A stretch of DNA of 63,984 nucleotides, filler included, from an uncultured bacterium (GTDB taxonomy: Bacteria > CAYJRR01): assembly GCA_964372275.1 (NCBI GenBank). It is 10 parts of 10 records of this genome, joined end to end, with 100 filler letters (N's around TTAATTAATTAA, not from the genome) between each part and the next. Parts side by side here need not be neighbours in the genome. Positions count along the whole stretch, not along the records: positions 1 to 6,890 come from CAYJRR010000180.1; positions 6,991 to 13,851 come from CAYJRR010000181.1; 8 more parts are not named here. One strand, written 5' to 3'. Position 1 is the first letter of the stretch. Every line of letters begins with the position of its first letter. This document shows positions 1 to 8,775 of this stretch, in pieces. The position numbers were made by a program, and so were the translations under genes. Under the pieces are notes generated by a model. It ran no database searches and was not told the origin of the DNA. It saw nothing but the letters and a program-made list of their open reading frames with translations.

Positions 1-742
1 TCCACCGGAAATGGCGCCCCACGGTCACCGGATTCCAGGCCGAATAGAGCGAGGCGGTTCCCCCTCCGGGGAAGGTCATCGCCGTCGGGCACCGCTCGTC
101 CTCCCCGAGCTCCGCGAGCTCGGGCCACATGTCGAAGGTCGCGTTCTCCGCCGCCGGCGTCTGGTTGCGGAACCAGTGCACCCACCGGTCGGTCGGCGCG
201 CCGTCGTCGGGGCAGGCGAACCAACCCTGGTAGCCGAAGACGACCTTCTGGTGGAGCGTCGTCGGATCGACCGGCAGTTCGCAGGTGACCGCCACCTGCG
301 CGGCGGCCGTCTCGCCGAACCACCGCACCCCCTCCTCCACCATCCGCCAGTCGGTGAGGTAGGTCCCGGGCTGGTTCGGCGCCACCAGCGGAACGGAGAA
401 GGTGTGCGAATCGCCCGGGCCGATCGCGGCCTCCTCGGGAAGGAGGATCCGCACGTCGGCGGTGAAGAGCGGGTCGGCGTCGTCGACCGCGCCGAGCTTG
501 TACCCGCCGGCGCGGGTCCAGGTTGCGGGTCCGTGGTTCTTCACCGTCACCGTCGCGGTGCCGGCGGCCCCGCACGCGAGGAGGTCCGGAAAGACGTACG
601 ATTCGATCGTCGCCTCTTCGACCGTCTCCGGCGTCGGCTCCGGCGTCGGTCCACCCGGAAGCGGGTCCGGCGTGGCGACCTCGCACGCCGCAATCGACAG
701 TCCGAGGAGGTGGACGATCCGGACGCCGACGCGTGCGCGCAT
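1..742 (-). CDS. Lipoprotein with NBR1-type Ig-like domain and GH71/GH99-like glycoside hydrolase domain (3' end outside window)
   Basis: Not in the ORF track; translated by hand from ATG 742: MRARVGVRIVHLLGLSIAAC (lipobox), Pro-rich linker, VTVKNHGPATW...PGDSHTFSVPLVAPNQPGTYLTDWRM (Ig-like), then KVVFGYQGWF...WVHWF...FDMWPE...TVGRHFRW (GH99/GH71-like). Confidence 0.75.
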   Translation of the reverse strand, partial: MRARVGVRIVHLLGLSIAACEVATPDPLPGGPTPEPTPETVEEATIESYVFPDLLACGAAGTATVTVKNHGPATWTRAGGYKLGAVDDADPLFTADVRILLPEEAAIGPGDSHTFSVPLVAPNQPGTYLTDWRMVEEGVRWFGETAAAQVAVTCELPVDPTTLHQKVVFGYQGWFACPDDGAPTDRWVHWFRNQTPAAENATFDMWPELAELGEDERCPTAMTFPGGGTASLYSAWNPVTVGRHFRW

Positions 743-754
743 GCGTGCGCCACC

Positions 755-770
755 AGCACGATCCGAGCCC
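755..770 (-). promoter_or_regulatory. Possible sigma-54 promoter (weak consensus)
   Basis: Minus strand GGGCTC-GGATC-GTGCT, GG-N10-GC spacing; the -12 C is 14 nt before ATG 742. Confidence 0.35.
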
Positions 771-817
771 ACCCTGGGCGTCGCGGAAGTCACCGTCCGC
801 ACGGACGATGCGGAAGA

Positions 818-835
818 ATTGACACGGATGTCAAT
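818..835. promoter_or_regulatory. Perfect palindrome, candidate operator/enhancer
   Basis: ATTGACA-CGGA-TGTCAAT, an AT-rich 7-4-7 inverted repeat upstream of the hydrolase gene; each arm contains TTGACA. Confidence 0.55.
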
Positions 836-894
836 GGGGAGGCGAGCCCCCTACGCCGGCGTCGGTTGGGACACGGACTCGCCAGGGAGTCCGA

Positions 895-1842
895 TCAGCG
901 CCGCCGTCCCGCCTCGCCGCCGGTCGCAGGCTCACCGCCGGTCGTCCCCGTCACCGCGGTCGGCGCGCGTCGCGCCACGTTCGAGCCTCCGCCCGACTCG
1001 CCGCGCGCCGCCGTCGCGACGGCGTCACCGACGAAGAACCGGAACCGGGTCCATCGGCTGTTCCCGTTCGACGGGGCGAGACCGAGCACCCACTCGAGCC
1101 AGCCACGGAAGCCGCGGGGGCGAACCTCCACGGAGATCGAATCGTTCGACGGCGGTTTCCGCAACGTCAACCGGGTCTCCCACAGCTCGCCGGACTCCGG
1201 ATCGATCGCCGACGCGAGCCGGGTGCGCCGCACCGTCAGCCCGCCGCCCACCACCCGGACGGCGCCGAGCCTGCGATCGCGATCGGTCCTGCTCTCCCAG
1301 GTCCGGAGGACGAGCGATTGTCCCGGGAGGAGCGGATACAGCTGGCCGTACAGCGCTCGTCCCGGACCCTCGTCGCCCGGACCGAACGTCCCGAGATTTC
1401 GGTCCCCCGAGAGGCTGAAGAAGGCGATCGGATGGGCGCGGCGCCATTCGTCAAAGCCGTCGTCTCCCGGTCCGTAGAGGGAGTTCGCCGTCGTCTCGTA
1501 GTGGCGGAACGACGCGGCCACCGCCCCCCGCTCGGCCGCCGTCAACCCCTTGCCATGGTCGACGAGAATCGAGCGGAACAGGTGGGCCATCGCGCGGTAT
1601 TCGGACGACACCGCCGGGCCGAGATCGGCCCGCGTTCCCAGGAGAAGGCGCTCGGCGTCGGCGAGCTCCGCCATGAACCCCGGGCGCATGACGCGCGCGA
1701 GCTCCGCGCGAAGCGAGGCAAACGTCGCTTCGCGCGCCTCGAGGGCCGCCGCGCGCGCGGCCGTCCCTTCCGCCTGCGCGGACGGGGCGTGCATCGCGGA
1801 TCCAGCGACCAGAGCTGCCAGGGCGAACGGCCTCGCGATCAT
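895..1842 (-). CDS. Secreted hypothetical protein
   Basis: ATG 1842 with GAGGAGGAG RBS; signal peptide MIARPFALAALVAGSAMHAPSAQA; no family recognised. Confidence 0.7.
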   Translation of the reverse strand: MIARPFALAALVAGSAMHAPSAQAEGTAARAAALEAREATFASLRAELARVMRPGFMAELADAERLLLGTRADLGPAVSSEYRAMAHLFRSILVDHGKGLTAAERGAVAASFRHYETTANSLYGPGDDGFDEWRRAHPIAFFSLSGDRNLGTFGPGDEGPGRALYGQLYPLLPGQSLVLRTWESRTDRDRRLGAVRVVGGGLTVRRTRLASAIDPESGELWETRLTLRKPPSNDSISVEVRPRGFRGWLEWVLGLAPSNGNSRWTRFRFFVGDAVATAARGESGGGSNVARRAPTAVTGTTGGEPATGGEAGRRR

Positions 1843-1906
1843 CGGTCTCCTCCTCGGCGCCGCCGGCGGCGCGCAGGGTGCGCACCGCCGCGGGGGGGGC
1901 GCGACC

Positions 1907-1922
1907 AGCAAGTCACATGCCG
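1907..1922 (-). promoter_or_regulatory. Sigma-54 promoter
   Basis: Minus strand CGGCAT-GTGAC-TTGCT upstream of ATG 1842. Confidence 0.65.
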
Positions 1923-2084
1923 CCACCTGGGTTCGCCACCATCGACCGGGGCCGCACGGGGAATCGATTCGAAACTCCGTCGGAATCCCGCCCGGTCGGC
2001 GGGCCCCCGAAAGCGCGCAGACAGGCCCCCTCCCGTCGCAGGTTCGTCGCCTGGACGTCCCCGGTGGGACGCCTGAGTCTCAGT

Positions 2085-2558
2085 TCAGGGTGAGGTCGGT
2101 TCGGCCGGTTCGGGTGGTTCGACCGGTCCGGGAGGTTCGCTGGCGCGCGCCGCGGTCTTCTCCGCGCAGTAGCGATGCACCACCTCGAGCAGCCGGTCGA
2201 CGTCGATCGGCTTGCCGACGAACGCCTCCACCCCCGGAAGGTGCTCCTTTTCCCGGGGCCAGGCGGACAGTACGACAACGGGGACGGAGCGCAGGACCGG
2301 GTCCTTCTCCCGCGCGTAGAGGAACTCCGCGCCGCTCATCACCGGCATCATCAGGTCGAGCAGCACCACGCACGGGCGCTCGACCGAGAGGAGGTCGATC
2401 GCCTCGCGGCCGTTCGAGGCGGTCAACACCCGGCCGAGGCACGGCTCGAGCAAGTCTTCGAGGGTGAGCCGCATCACCTCACGGGTTTCGAGGTCGTCGT
2501 CGACCACCAGCACCGAGCACGGCGAACGGTCCGCCCGTCGGCCTTTCGCCGTCGTCAC
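2085..2558 (-). CDS. Single-domain response regulator (REC)
   Basis: VLVVDDD...VVLLDLMMPVMSG...VVVLSA...VGKP; GTG start overlaps the kinase stop (GTGA). Confidence 0.85.
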   Translation of the reverse strand: MTTAKGRRADRSPCSVLVVDDDLETREVMRLTLEDLLEPCLGRVLTASNGREAIDLLSVERPCVVLLDLMMPVMSGAEFLYAREKDPVLRSVPVVVLSAWPREKEHLPGVEAFVGKPIDVDRLLEVVHRYCAEKTAARASEPPGPVEPPEPAEPTSP

Positions 2559-4570
2559 GACCGCAACTCCGCGCCGGTCGCCCGGGGGGGGTGCGTTCCG
2601 TCGATTTCGTTCGTGGCCCGCGTCGCCGCCGCCGGCCGCCGCGGGAGCTCGACCGTGAACCGCGCCCCCTCGCCCGGACGGCTCCAGACGTCGATCCGGC
2701 CGCCGTGCGCCAGCACGATCTCGTGCACGATCCACAAGCCCAGGCCGAACCCGCCGTAGTGACGCACCGGCACCAGCCGCTCGAAGCGCTCGAAGATCCG
2801 CGCCTGCGCCTCCTTTTCCATGCCGATCCCGTGGTCGCGGATCGTGACCCTCCCGACCGTCTCGTCGCCGGAGCAGTCGATTTCGACCGGCTTCCCCGCG
2901 CCGTACTTCAAGGCGTTGGAGAGCAGGTTTCCGATCACCTGCTCCAGCCGAAGGCGGTCCCACGCGCCGCGGACGGGATCGGGGGCGGCCAGACGAAGCT
3001 CGCACCGTGCCCCCTCGATCTCGGTCCGCATGCGGTCGACCACGCTGCGCGTCACGTCGGCCAGGTCGAGCTCCTCCCGTTCCAGGCGCAGCTTTCCGAT
3101 CGTCACGCGGGAGACGTCGAGCAGGATCTCGATCTGCTTCTCGAGCTGGCGCACCGACCGCTCCGTCCGTTGCAGCTGCCGCTCGAGCCAGTCCCCCGGG
3201 AGCGGCTCCGTCGCCTCGCGGACGCGCCGCCGGAGCGCGGTCACCTGCATCAGCACCGGGGTGAGCGGCGTCTTCAGCTCGTGCGCCGCGAGGGCGAGAA
3301 AGTCGTCCCGCGCCTGGATCCCTTCGGCCAGCTCCCGCAGGATGCGCGTGCGCTCCCGTTCGATCCTCCGGCGATCCGAGATGTCGAGCGCGAAACTGAC
3401 GATCCCCGGCTCGGGCACGTCGATCGTCGCCGCCCCGACCAGGACGGCCACCCGGCCCCCGTCCCGCCGGACGTACTCCGCCTCGTAGGCGCGGCACACG
3501 CCGTGCGCGCGAAGCTCCTCCATCGCCCGTCCCTCGACGAGGTCGTGCTCGGTGGGGACGAGGTTCCGCCGTTTGACGGCGCCGGCGCGGAGGTCCTCCC
3601 GCGCGTAACCGACCAGTTGCAGGAACGCGTCGTTTGCACGGGTCACCGTCCCGTCGGCCCGCTCGAAGGCGATCGCCAGGACCCCGGACTCCTGGAGGCG
3701 GGAGAAGAGGAGCTCGCTGTCCCGGAGCGATTCCAGGAGAAGCTTGTATTCGCTCACGTCCTCCAGGATCACGAGCTCCAGAGGATTCCCGTCGCGATCT
3801 CGAAGCAGCGAGACGGTGGCCACGATCCACGCCAGGGTGCCGTCCCGCCGTCGGAACCGGTATTCGGCCCGGTGCTTCGTCTCGAGCCCGGCCGACACCC
3901 TCCGGACCGCCGCCTCGAGCGCGGCCCGTTCCTCCGGGACGACCAGGTCGATCAGACTCCGCGCCCGCACGTCGTGCGGCGGCACCTCGAGGATCTCGGA
4001 CAGTCGGCGGTTCAACCGGATCCAGCGGCCGTCGAGCGTGGCATGACCGATCCCGATCGGCGCCTCCTCGAAGGTGACGTCGTACAGCGACTCGAGGAGC
4101 TCCAGCTCCCGCTGCTTCGAGAGGCGGAGGAGCTCGCCACGCCGCTCGATCTCCCGCGCCTGCCGGTGGAGCTCGGCGAAGACCGCCACCTTCGACCGGA
4201 CGACGTCCGGTTCGAACGGCTTGGGAAGGAAGTCGACCGCGCCCACGGCGTAGCCGCGCAGCAGGTTCTCCCGCTCGTAGCTCGTTCCGGAGAGGAAGAT
4301 GATCGGCGTCTTCCACGCGCGTGGACGCGTGCGGATCAGCTTCGCCGTCTCGAACCCGTCGAGCCCGGGCATGACGACGTCCAGGAGCACCAGCGCCACG
4401 TCGTCGCGCAGGAGCGCGGCCAGCGCCTCCTCTCCGCTGGCGGCGAGGACCAGATCGTAGTCCGGACGCTCCAGGACGGCGCGAAGCGAAATCAGCTGCT
4501 CGGGCTGGTCGTCGACCAGCAGGATGCGGACGGGCAGCGGCGATGCCTCCAGGGACGGAGAGACCGTCAC
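2555..4570 (-). CDS. Hybrid sensor histidine kinase (REC-PAS-PAS-HisKA-HATPase)
   Basis: ILLVDDQ receiver, two PAS-like domains, H-box AAHELKTPL, N-box NLLSNALKY, G-boxes DHGIG and GFGLGL. Confidence 0.92.
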   Translation of the reverse strand: MTVSPSLEASPLPVRILLVDDQPEQLISLRAVLERPDYDLVLAASGEEALAALLRDDVALVLLDVVMPGLDGFETAKLIRTRPRAWKTPIIFLSGTSYERENLLRGYAVGAVDFLPKPFEPDVVRSKVAVFAELHRQAREIERRGELLRLSKQRELELLESLYDVTFEEAPIGIGHATLDGRWIRLNRRLSEILEVPPHDVRARSLIDLVVPEERAALEAAVRRVSAGLETKHRAEYRFRRRDGTLAWIVATVSLLRDRDGNPLELVILEDVSEYKLLLESLRDSELLFSRLQESGVLAIAFERADGTVTRANDAFLQLVGYAREDLRAGAVKRRNLVPTEHDLVEGRAMEELRAHGVCRAYEAEYVRRDGGRVAVLVGAATIDVPEPGIVSFALDISDRRRIERERTRILRELAEGIQARDDFLALAAHELKTPLTPVLMQVTALRRRVREATEPLPGDWLERQLQRTERSVRQLEKQIEILLDVSRVTIGKLRLEREELDLADVTRSVVDRMRTEIEGARCELRLAAPDPVRGAWDRLRLEQVIGNLLSNALKYGAGKPVEIDCSGDETVGRVTIRDHGIGMEKEAQARIFERFERLVPVRHYGGFGLGLWIVHEIVLAHGGRIDVWSRPGEGARFTVELPRRPAAATRATNEIDGTHPPRATGAELRS

Positions 4571-4580
4571 GCCGTCCCTC

Positions 4581-6890
4581 TCATTCCGACGGCGATCCCG
4601 CCGCCCCCGCCGAGTCCGCCCGGATCGCGCCCGCGCCGGCGGGTCTGCGCGAGCGCAGGCGCCGGCGGAGCACGGCAATCAGGTTCCGGATGTCGGCCGG
4701 CTTCACCACGTAATCGTTCATCCCCGCATCGAGGCACCGGGCGCGGTCGGCCTCGCTCGCCTTGGCGGTGAGCGCCACGATCGGAAGACTCGCCCATCGC
4801 GGACGGCGCCGGATTTCACGGGTGGCGGCCAGCCCGTCGATCTCCGGCATCATCACGTCCATGAAGACCAGGTCGATCTGCGGATTCCGCTCCAGCTCCG
4901 AATAGGCCTCCCGCGCGCCGGTCGCCGGGATCACCTGGACGCCGTGACGCTCGAGGAGCCCGGTGATCGCGTAGAGGTTTCGCGGATCGTCCTCCACCAC
5001 GAGCACCTTGCGTCCCGCGATCTCGACCGGAGCCTCGGCCTGCGCCGCCGCGACCGCATCCGACTCGGCCGCTGGCGACGGTTCGCGCGCGGTTCCGGCC
5101 TCGGGCATCGCGCCGATCGCTCCGGGTCCGGCCGCGATCTCCCCCGGCGCCCGCGGGGCTGCGGGATGCGCCGTGCCGAGCACCAGTCGCCGTGCCGCCT
5201 CCCCGACGAGCGGCAGGAACAGGATGAAGGTGCTGCCGATCCCGACGGTGCTTTGCAACGCGATCTCGCCCCCCAACACCCGCGCGTACTCACGACTGAT
5301 GGTGAGACCGAGACCCGTTCCGCCGTACTTCCGGGTGATCGTCGGGTCCCCCTGCTGGAACGCCTCGAACACGAGCTCCTGCTTCTCCGGCGGGATGCCG
5401 ACGCCGGTGTCCTCGACCGAGAACGCGATCACCTCGTCCGCACGTCGAAGCGAATCGCTCCGGTATTCCGAGCCCGCCGGCGCCGTCCGGATCCGGAAGT
5501 CGACACGCCCCTGCTCCGTGAACTTGAAGGCGTTGGCGAGCAGGTTGCGAAGGATCTGCTCCAGGAGCTGCCGGTCGGTGACGATGGCCTTCGGGAGGTC
5601 CGGCGCGATCTCGACCCCGAAGTCGAGTCCACGTTGCTGGGCCACCGGCCGGAAGTTCCGATCGACGAACTCCCGCAGCTCCTCGATCCGGTAGGGCTCG
5701 GGGTGGATCTCGATCCGGCCGGCCTCCACCTTCGACAGATCGAGGATCTGGTTGATCAGCGCCAGCAGGTCGCGGCCCGCGGCGTGGATCGTCGTGGCGT
5801 ACTCCTGCTGCTTCGAACTGAGATTTCCATCTTCGTTGGCCGCCAGCATCTGCGACAGGATCATCATGCTGTTCAGCGGCGTCCGGATCTCGTGAGACAT
5901 GTTCGCCAGGAACTGCGACTTGTAGCGGGAGACCTTCGACAGCTCCTGGGCCTTGATCTCCAACGAGCGGCCCGTGCGGGCGATCTCCTGGTTGCGCACT
6001 TCGAGGAGGCGGGCCTTGTCCTCCAGCTCCGCCCGTCGCCGCTCCAGCTCGACGTTCGATCCTTGCAACTGCTGCAGCAGCTCCTCGGTGCGCATGCTGG
6101 TGCCGATCAGGTTGATCGCGAGGCCGATGTTCAACATCAGCTGTTCGAGGAAGGAGAGCTGCACCGGCGAGAACTCGCTGAACGAAGCCAGCTCGATGAC
6201 GCCGCGCACCTGGTCCTCGAACAGCACCGGGAAGACGACGACGTTGCGAGGTGGGGCCTCCCCGAGCCCGGAGCTGATCGGAACGTAGTCGTCCGGAACG
6301 TGGGTCACCACGATCGGCTTCTTCTCCAGGGCGCACTGCCCGACCAGACCCTCCCCCACCCCGAACCGGTTCGAGAGGTGCTTGCGCCGTGCGAAGGCGT
6401 AGGTGCTGACCAGCTTCAGCACCGCGGAGCCGTCGGCCTCGGCGAGGTAGAAGGCGCCCAGCTGCCCGCCGACCACCGGCGTCAGCTCCGAGATCACCTG
6501 GGTGGTCAGCGATTGCAGGTCGCGCTGCCCCTGCATGATCCCGAAGAACTTGGCCAGGTTGGTCTTGAGCCAGTCCTGCTCCTTGTTGGTGCGGGTGGTG
6601 TCGCGGAGGTTCGCGATCATCTGGTTGATCGTGTCCTTCAATCCCAGGACCTCTCCCCGCGCCTCGACCGTGATCGTCCGCGAGAGGTCCCCCTGGATGA
6701 CGGCGGTGGCCACCTCGAAGATCGCCCGCACCTGCGTGGTCAGGTTCGCGGCGAGCTGGTTGACGTTGTCGGTCAGATCCCGCCACGTTCCGGCGGCGCC
6801 CGGCACCTTGGCCTGACCGCCCAGCCGCCCGTCGATCCCCACCTCCCGCGCCACCGTCGTCACCTGGTCGGCGAAGGTGCGCAGCGTGTC
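4581..6890 (-). CDS. Poly-HAMP/GAF hybrid histidine kinase with C-terminal REC (5' truncated by contig end)
   Basis: HAMP repeat VAREVGIDGRLGGQAKVPGAAGTWRDLTDNVN, GAF, MSHEIRTPLN, NLLANAFKFT, GGTGLGL, receiver VLVVEDD. Confidence 0.92.
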   Translation of the reverse strand, partial: DTLRTFADQVTTVAREVGIDGRLGGQAKVPGAAGTWRDLTDNVNQLAANLTTQVRAIFEVATAVIQGDLSRTITVEARGEVLGLKDTINQMIANLRDTTRTNKEQDWLKTNLAKFFGIMQGQRDLQSLTTQVISELTPVVGGQLGAFYLAEADGSAVLKLVSTYAFARRKHLSNRFGVGEGLVGQCALEKKPIVVTHVPDDYVPISSGLGEAPPRNVVVFPVLFEDQVRGVIELASFSEFSPVQLSFLEQLMLNIGLAINLIGTSMRTEELLQQLQGSNVELERRRAELEDKARLLEVRNQEIARTGRSLEIKAQELSKVSRYKSQFLANMSHEIRTPLNSMMILSQMLAANEDGNLSSKQQEYATTIHAAGRDLLALINQILDLSKVEAGRIEIHPEPYRIEELREFVDRNFRPVAQQRGLDFGVEIAPDLPKAIVTDRQLLEQILRNLLANAFKFTEQGRVDFRIRTAPAGSEYRSDSLRRADEVIAFSVEDTGVGIPPEKQELVFEAFQQGDPTITRKYGGTGLGLTISREYARVLGGEIALQSTVGIGSTFILFLPLVGEAARRLVLGTAHPAAPRAPGEIAAGPGAIGAMPEAGTAREPSPAAESDAVAAAQAEAPVEIAGRKVLVVEDDPRNLYAITGLLERHGVQVIPATGAREAYSELERNPQIDLVFMDVMMPEIDGLAATREIRRRPRWASLPIVALTAKASEADRARCLDAGMNDYVVKPADIRNLIAVLRRRLRSRRPAGAGAIRADSAGAAGSPSE

Positions 6891-6990
6891 NNNNNNNNNN
6901 NNNNNNNNNNNNNNNNNNNNNNNNNNNNNNNNNNTTAATTAATTAANNNNNNNNNNNNNNNNNNNNNNNNNNNNNNNNNNNNNNNNNNNN
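6891..6990. other. Artificial contig linker (N44-TTAATTAATTAA-N44); same linker at 13852-13951, 20746-20845, 27350-27449, 33944-34043, 40239-40338, 46420-46519, 52481-52580, 58462-58561
   Basis: Identical 100-nt spacers with stops in all six frames; genes are cut at nearly every one. Confidence 0.99.
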
Positions 6991-6991
6991 C

Positions 6992-8530
6992 GTGAACAGC
7001 AACATGCTGACGGCACTCGAGGTGCCTCGAGGGGGCGCTCTCGTGTCGTCCGGAAAATCGTGCTCGGTCGCCAAGAAGATGGCGCAAAGCGATGTGCTGG
7101 GCGCGTTCCATATCGAAGAAATCGATCTCCCTTCGTCGGAACAGCTGGACATCACGGGGAGTGGAATCCCGGCCGGGGTGTTACTGGCCGTTTCCGTCGT
7201 CGTGCAGCAGGCGGCCGTTCGAAATGCAGCATCGCCCGAACAGGTAACGGCATCCCTGACGCAGCTCATTGCGCAGATCGGAAACGATCTCCGGGACGGA
7301 AGCCTCGATTCCGCGCCATTGAAGGCCCTGCTTTCTCGGGCGAGTCGCTACCTTCTCACCGAGGAGATCCGAGCCCATCTTCAGGCCCGATACGACGTAC
7401 TCGGTTCTCCAGTGGCCGTCGCGGACTTCGCCGCTTACATCGACGGAGATGGCGACGGTCTCGTGGATGGACTCGACGGAGATCCGACGCTCACGCTTTC
7501 GACCGCAGACGGACAGACTCGCTACGGTGCGGTGACTGCGCCCTTGCCTGGTGAAAGGCTGCTTCTCGCCGGAGGAAACTTTTCGAGCGGGTTAACGACG
7601 ACGGCGGTGGCTCTCGATCTCGGCACTCAAGGTTTTCAGACGGTCGGCTCCGTCCATTCATCACACGGCTCCGGCGCGGGTGCGGCTCTCCTGGACGGGC
7701 GTGTGCTCGTCGTAGGAGGCGGTTACCTCGACGATCCGCCCGGCGCGGGGGCGTCCGCGGAGATCTATCTTCCGGATTCCGCGGTGTTTACGACGGCGTT
7801 TTCCATGGCGGCGACACGTGGACAGGCGCTCAGCGCCGTCCGGCTGCTGGATGGGCGCATCTTCATCCATGGCGGCCTACCCGGTACGACACTCCAGGGG
7901 GAGATCTTCGACCCTGGTCTTTCGACGTTCTCGCTCGTCGGATCTGCCGCCACCCTGCGAGGCGACTCGACCGAGACGGTGCTCCAGGACGGGAGGGTGC
8001 TGATCGTCGCCGGAGTCGACATGAACAACCTCGGCGAGGGTCTCCAAGGGGTCGTCGGAACCGCCGAGATCTTCGACCCGGATTCGGGGGCCTTTTCGCC
8101 AACCGGTTCACTCAACGAACCCAGGACGGGACATACGGCAACGCTCCTTCCGGATGGTCGCGTCGTCATCATCGGAGGGATGCACGGGAACTACGAGTGC
8201 AACCGGTTCGTAGAGATCTTCGACCCGGAAACGGGGACGTTCGAGGTCGCCGGCGATACGCTCGAGATACCGAGGTCCGACCATGCCGCTGCGGTCGTCC
8301 CAGGAGGGAAGATCGCCGTTGTCGGGGGACTGCGAGGCAACGGGTACGACTGCCTTGCGTACGAAGAGACGAACTCCATCGAGTTCTATGAAATGCAGAG
8401 TGGGAGCTTCTCGGACGGAACCCTGGATCTCCCTTCGCCGAGTCGGATGGGCGATGCGTTCACCTTCCCGAGCGGAGCGGCATCCTTCGTGACGGAAACC
8501 GCGGACGTTCACACGATTCGAGCGGAATGA
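6992..8530 (+). CDS. Kelch/galactose-oxidase-type beta-propeller protein (5' truncated)
   Basis: Repeated LxDGRVLxxGG and EIFDPxxGxF motifs; DGDGDG Ca-binding-like motif. Confidence 0.85.
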   Translation: MNSNMLTALEVPRGGALVSSGKSCSVAKKMAQSDVLGAFHIEEIDLPSSEQLDITGSGIPAGVLLAVSVVVQQAAVRNAASPEQVTASLTQLIAQIGNDLRDGSLDSAPLKALLSRASRYLLTEEIRAHLQARYDVLGSPVAVADFAAYIDGDGDGLVDGLDGDPTLTLSTADGQTRYGAVTAPLPGERLLLAGGNFSSGLTTTAVALDLGTQGFQTVGSVHSSHGSGAGAALLDGRVLVVGGGYLDDPPGAGASAEIYLPDSAVFTTAFSMAATRGQALSAVRLLDGRIFIHGGLPGTTLQGEIFDPGLSTFSLVGSAATLRGDSTETVLQDGRVLIVAGVDMNNLGEGLQGVVGTAEIFDPDSGAFSPTGSLNEPRTGHTATLLPDGRVVIIGGMHGNYECNRFVEIFDPETGTFEVAGDTLEIPRSDHAAAVVPGGKIAVVGGLRGNGYDCLAYEETNSIEFYEMQSGSFSDGTLDLPSPSRMGDAFTFPSGAASFVTETADVHTIRAE

Positions 8531-8601
8531 TTCGGCGACTTCGGTTCGTCCTGATCATTCGACGCCTCCGGAGTGATCGGCCGGTCGGTCCCGCTTCGGT
8601 G

Positions 8602-8716
8602 AATGCCGCTTTCCCGCATCCGCCGATACCGGTTTCCCGCAGGCCCGGATACCCGTTTCCCGCACCTGGAAATACCCTTCTGACGCATCAACGGATGCCC
8701 TTTCCCCGCACGGTCG
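8602..8716. repeat. Five phased 23-bp units (17-bp box RATRCCSNTTYCCCGCA + 6 variable nt)
   Basis: Units start at 8602, 8625, 8648, 8671, 8694; CGCA ends at 8618, 8641, 8664, 8687, 8710 (exact 23-bp period); unit 4 is the most degenerate. Confidence 0.85.
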
Positions 8717-8775
8717 CCCCGGCGGCGCTCGCCTCCGGGGGGGAATCGGGCTAGGGTGCCCGTTGGAGGCGGGTC

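Noticed and set aside
2085-6890. Poly-HAMP kinase cluster as a novel system
   Set aside because: A common three-gene signalling arrangement in myxobacteria and other soil bacteria.
8602-8716. CRISPR array
   Set aside because: Spacers are only 6 nt, repeats are degenerate, and no cas genes are present.
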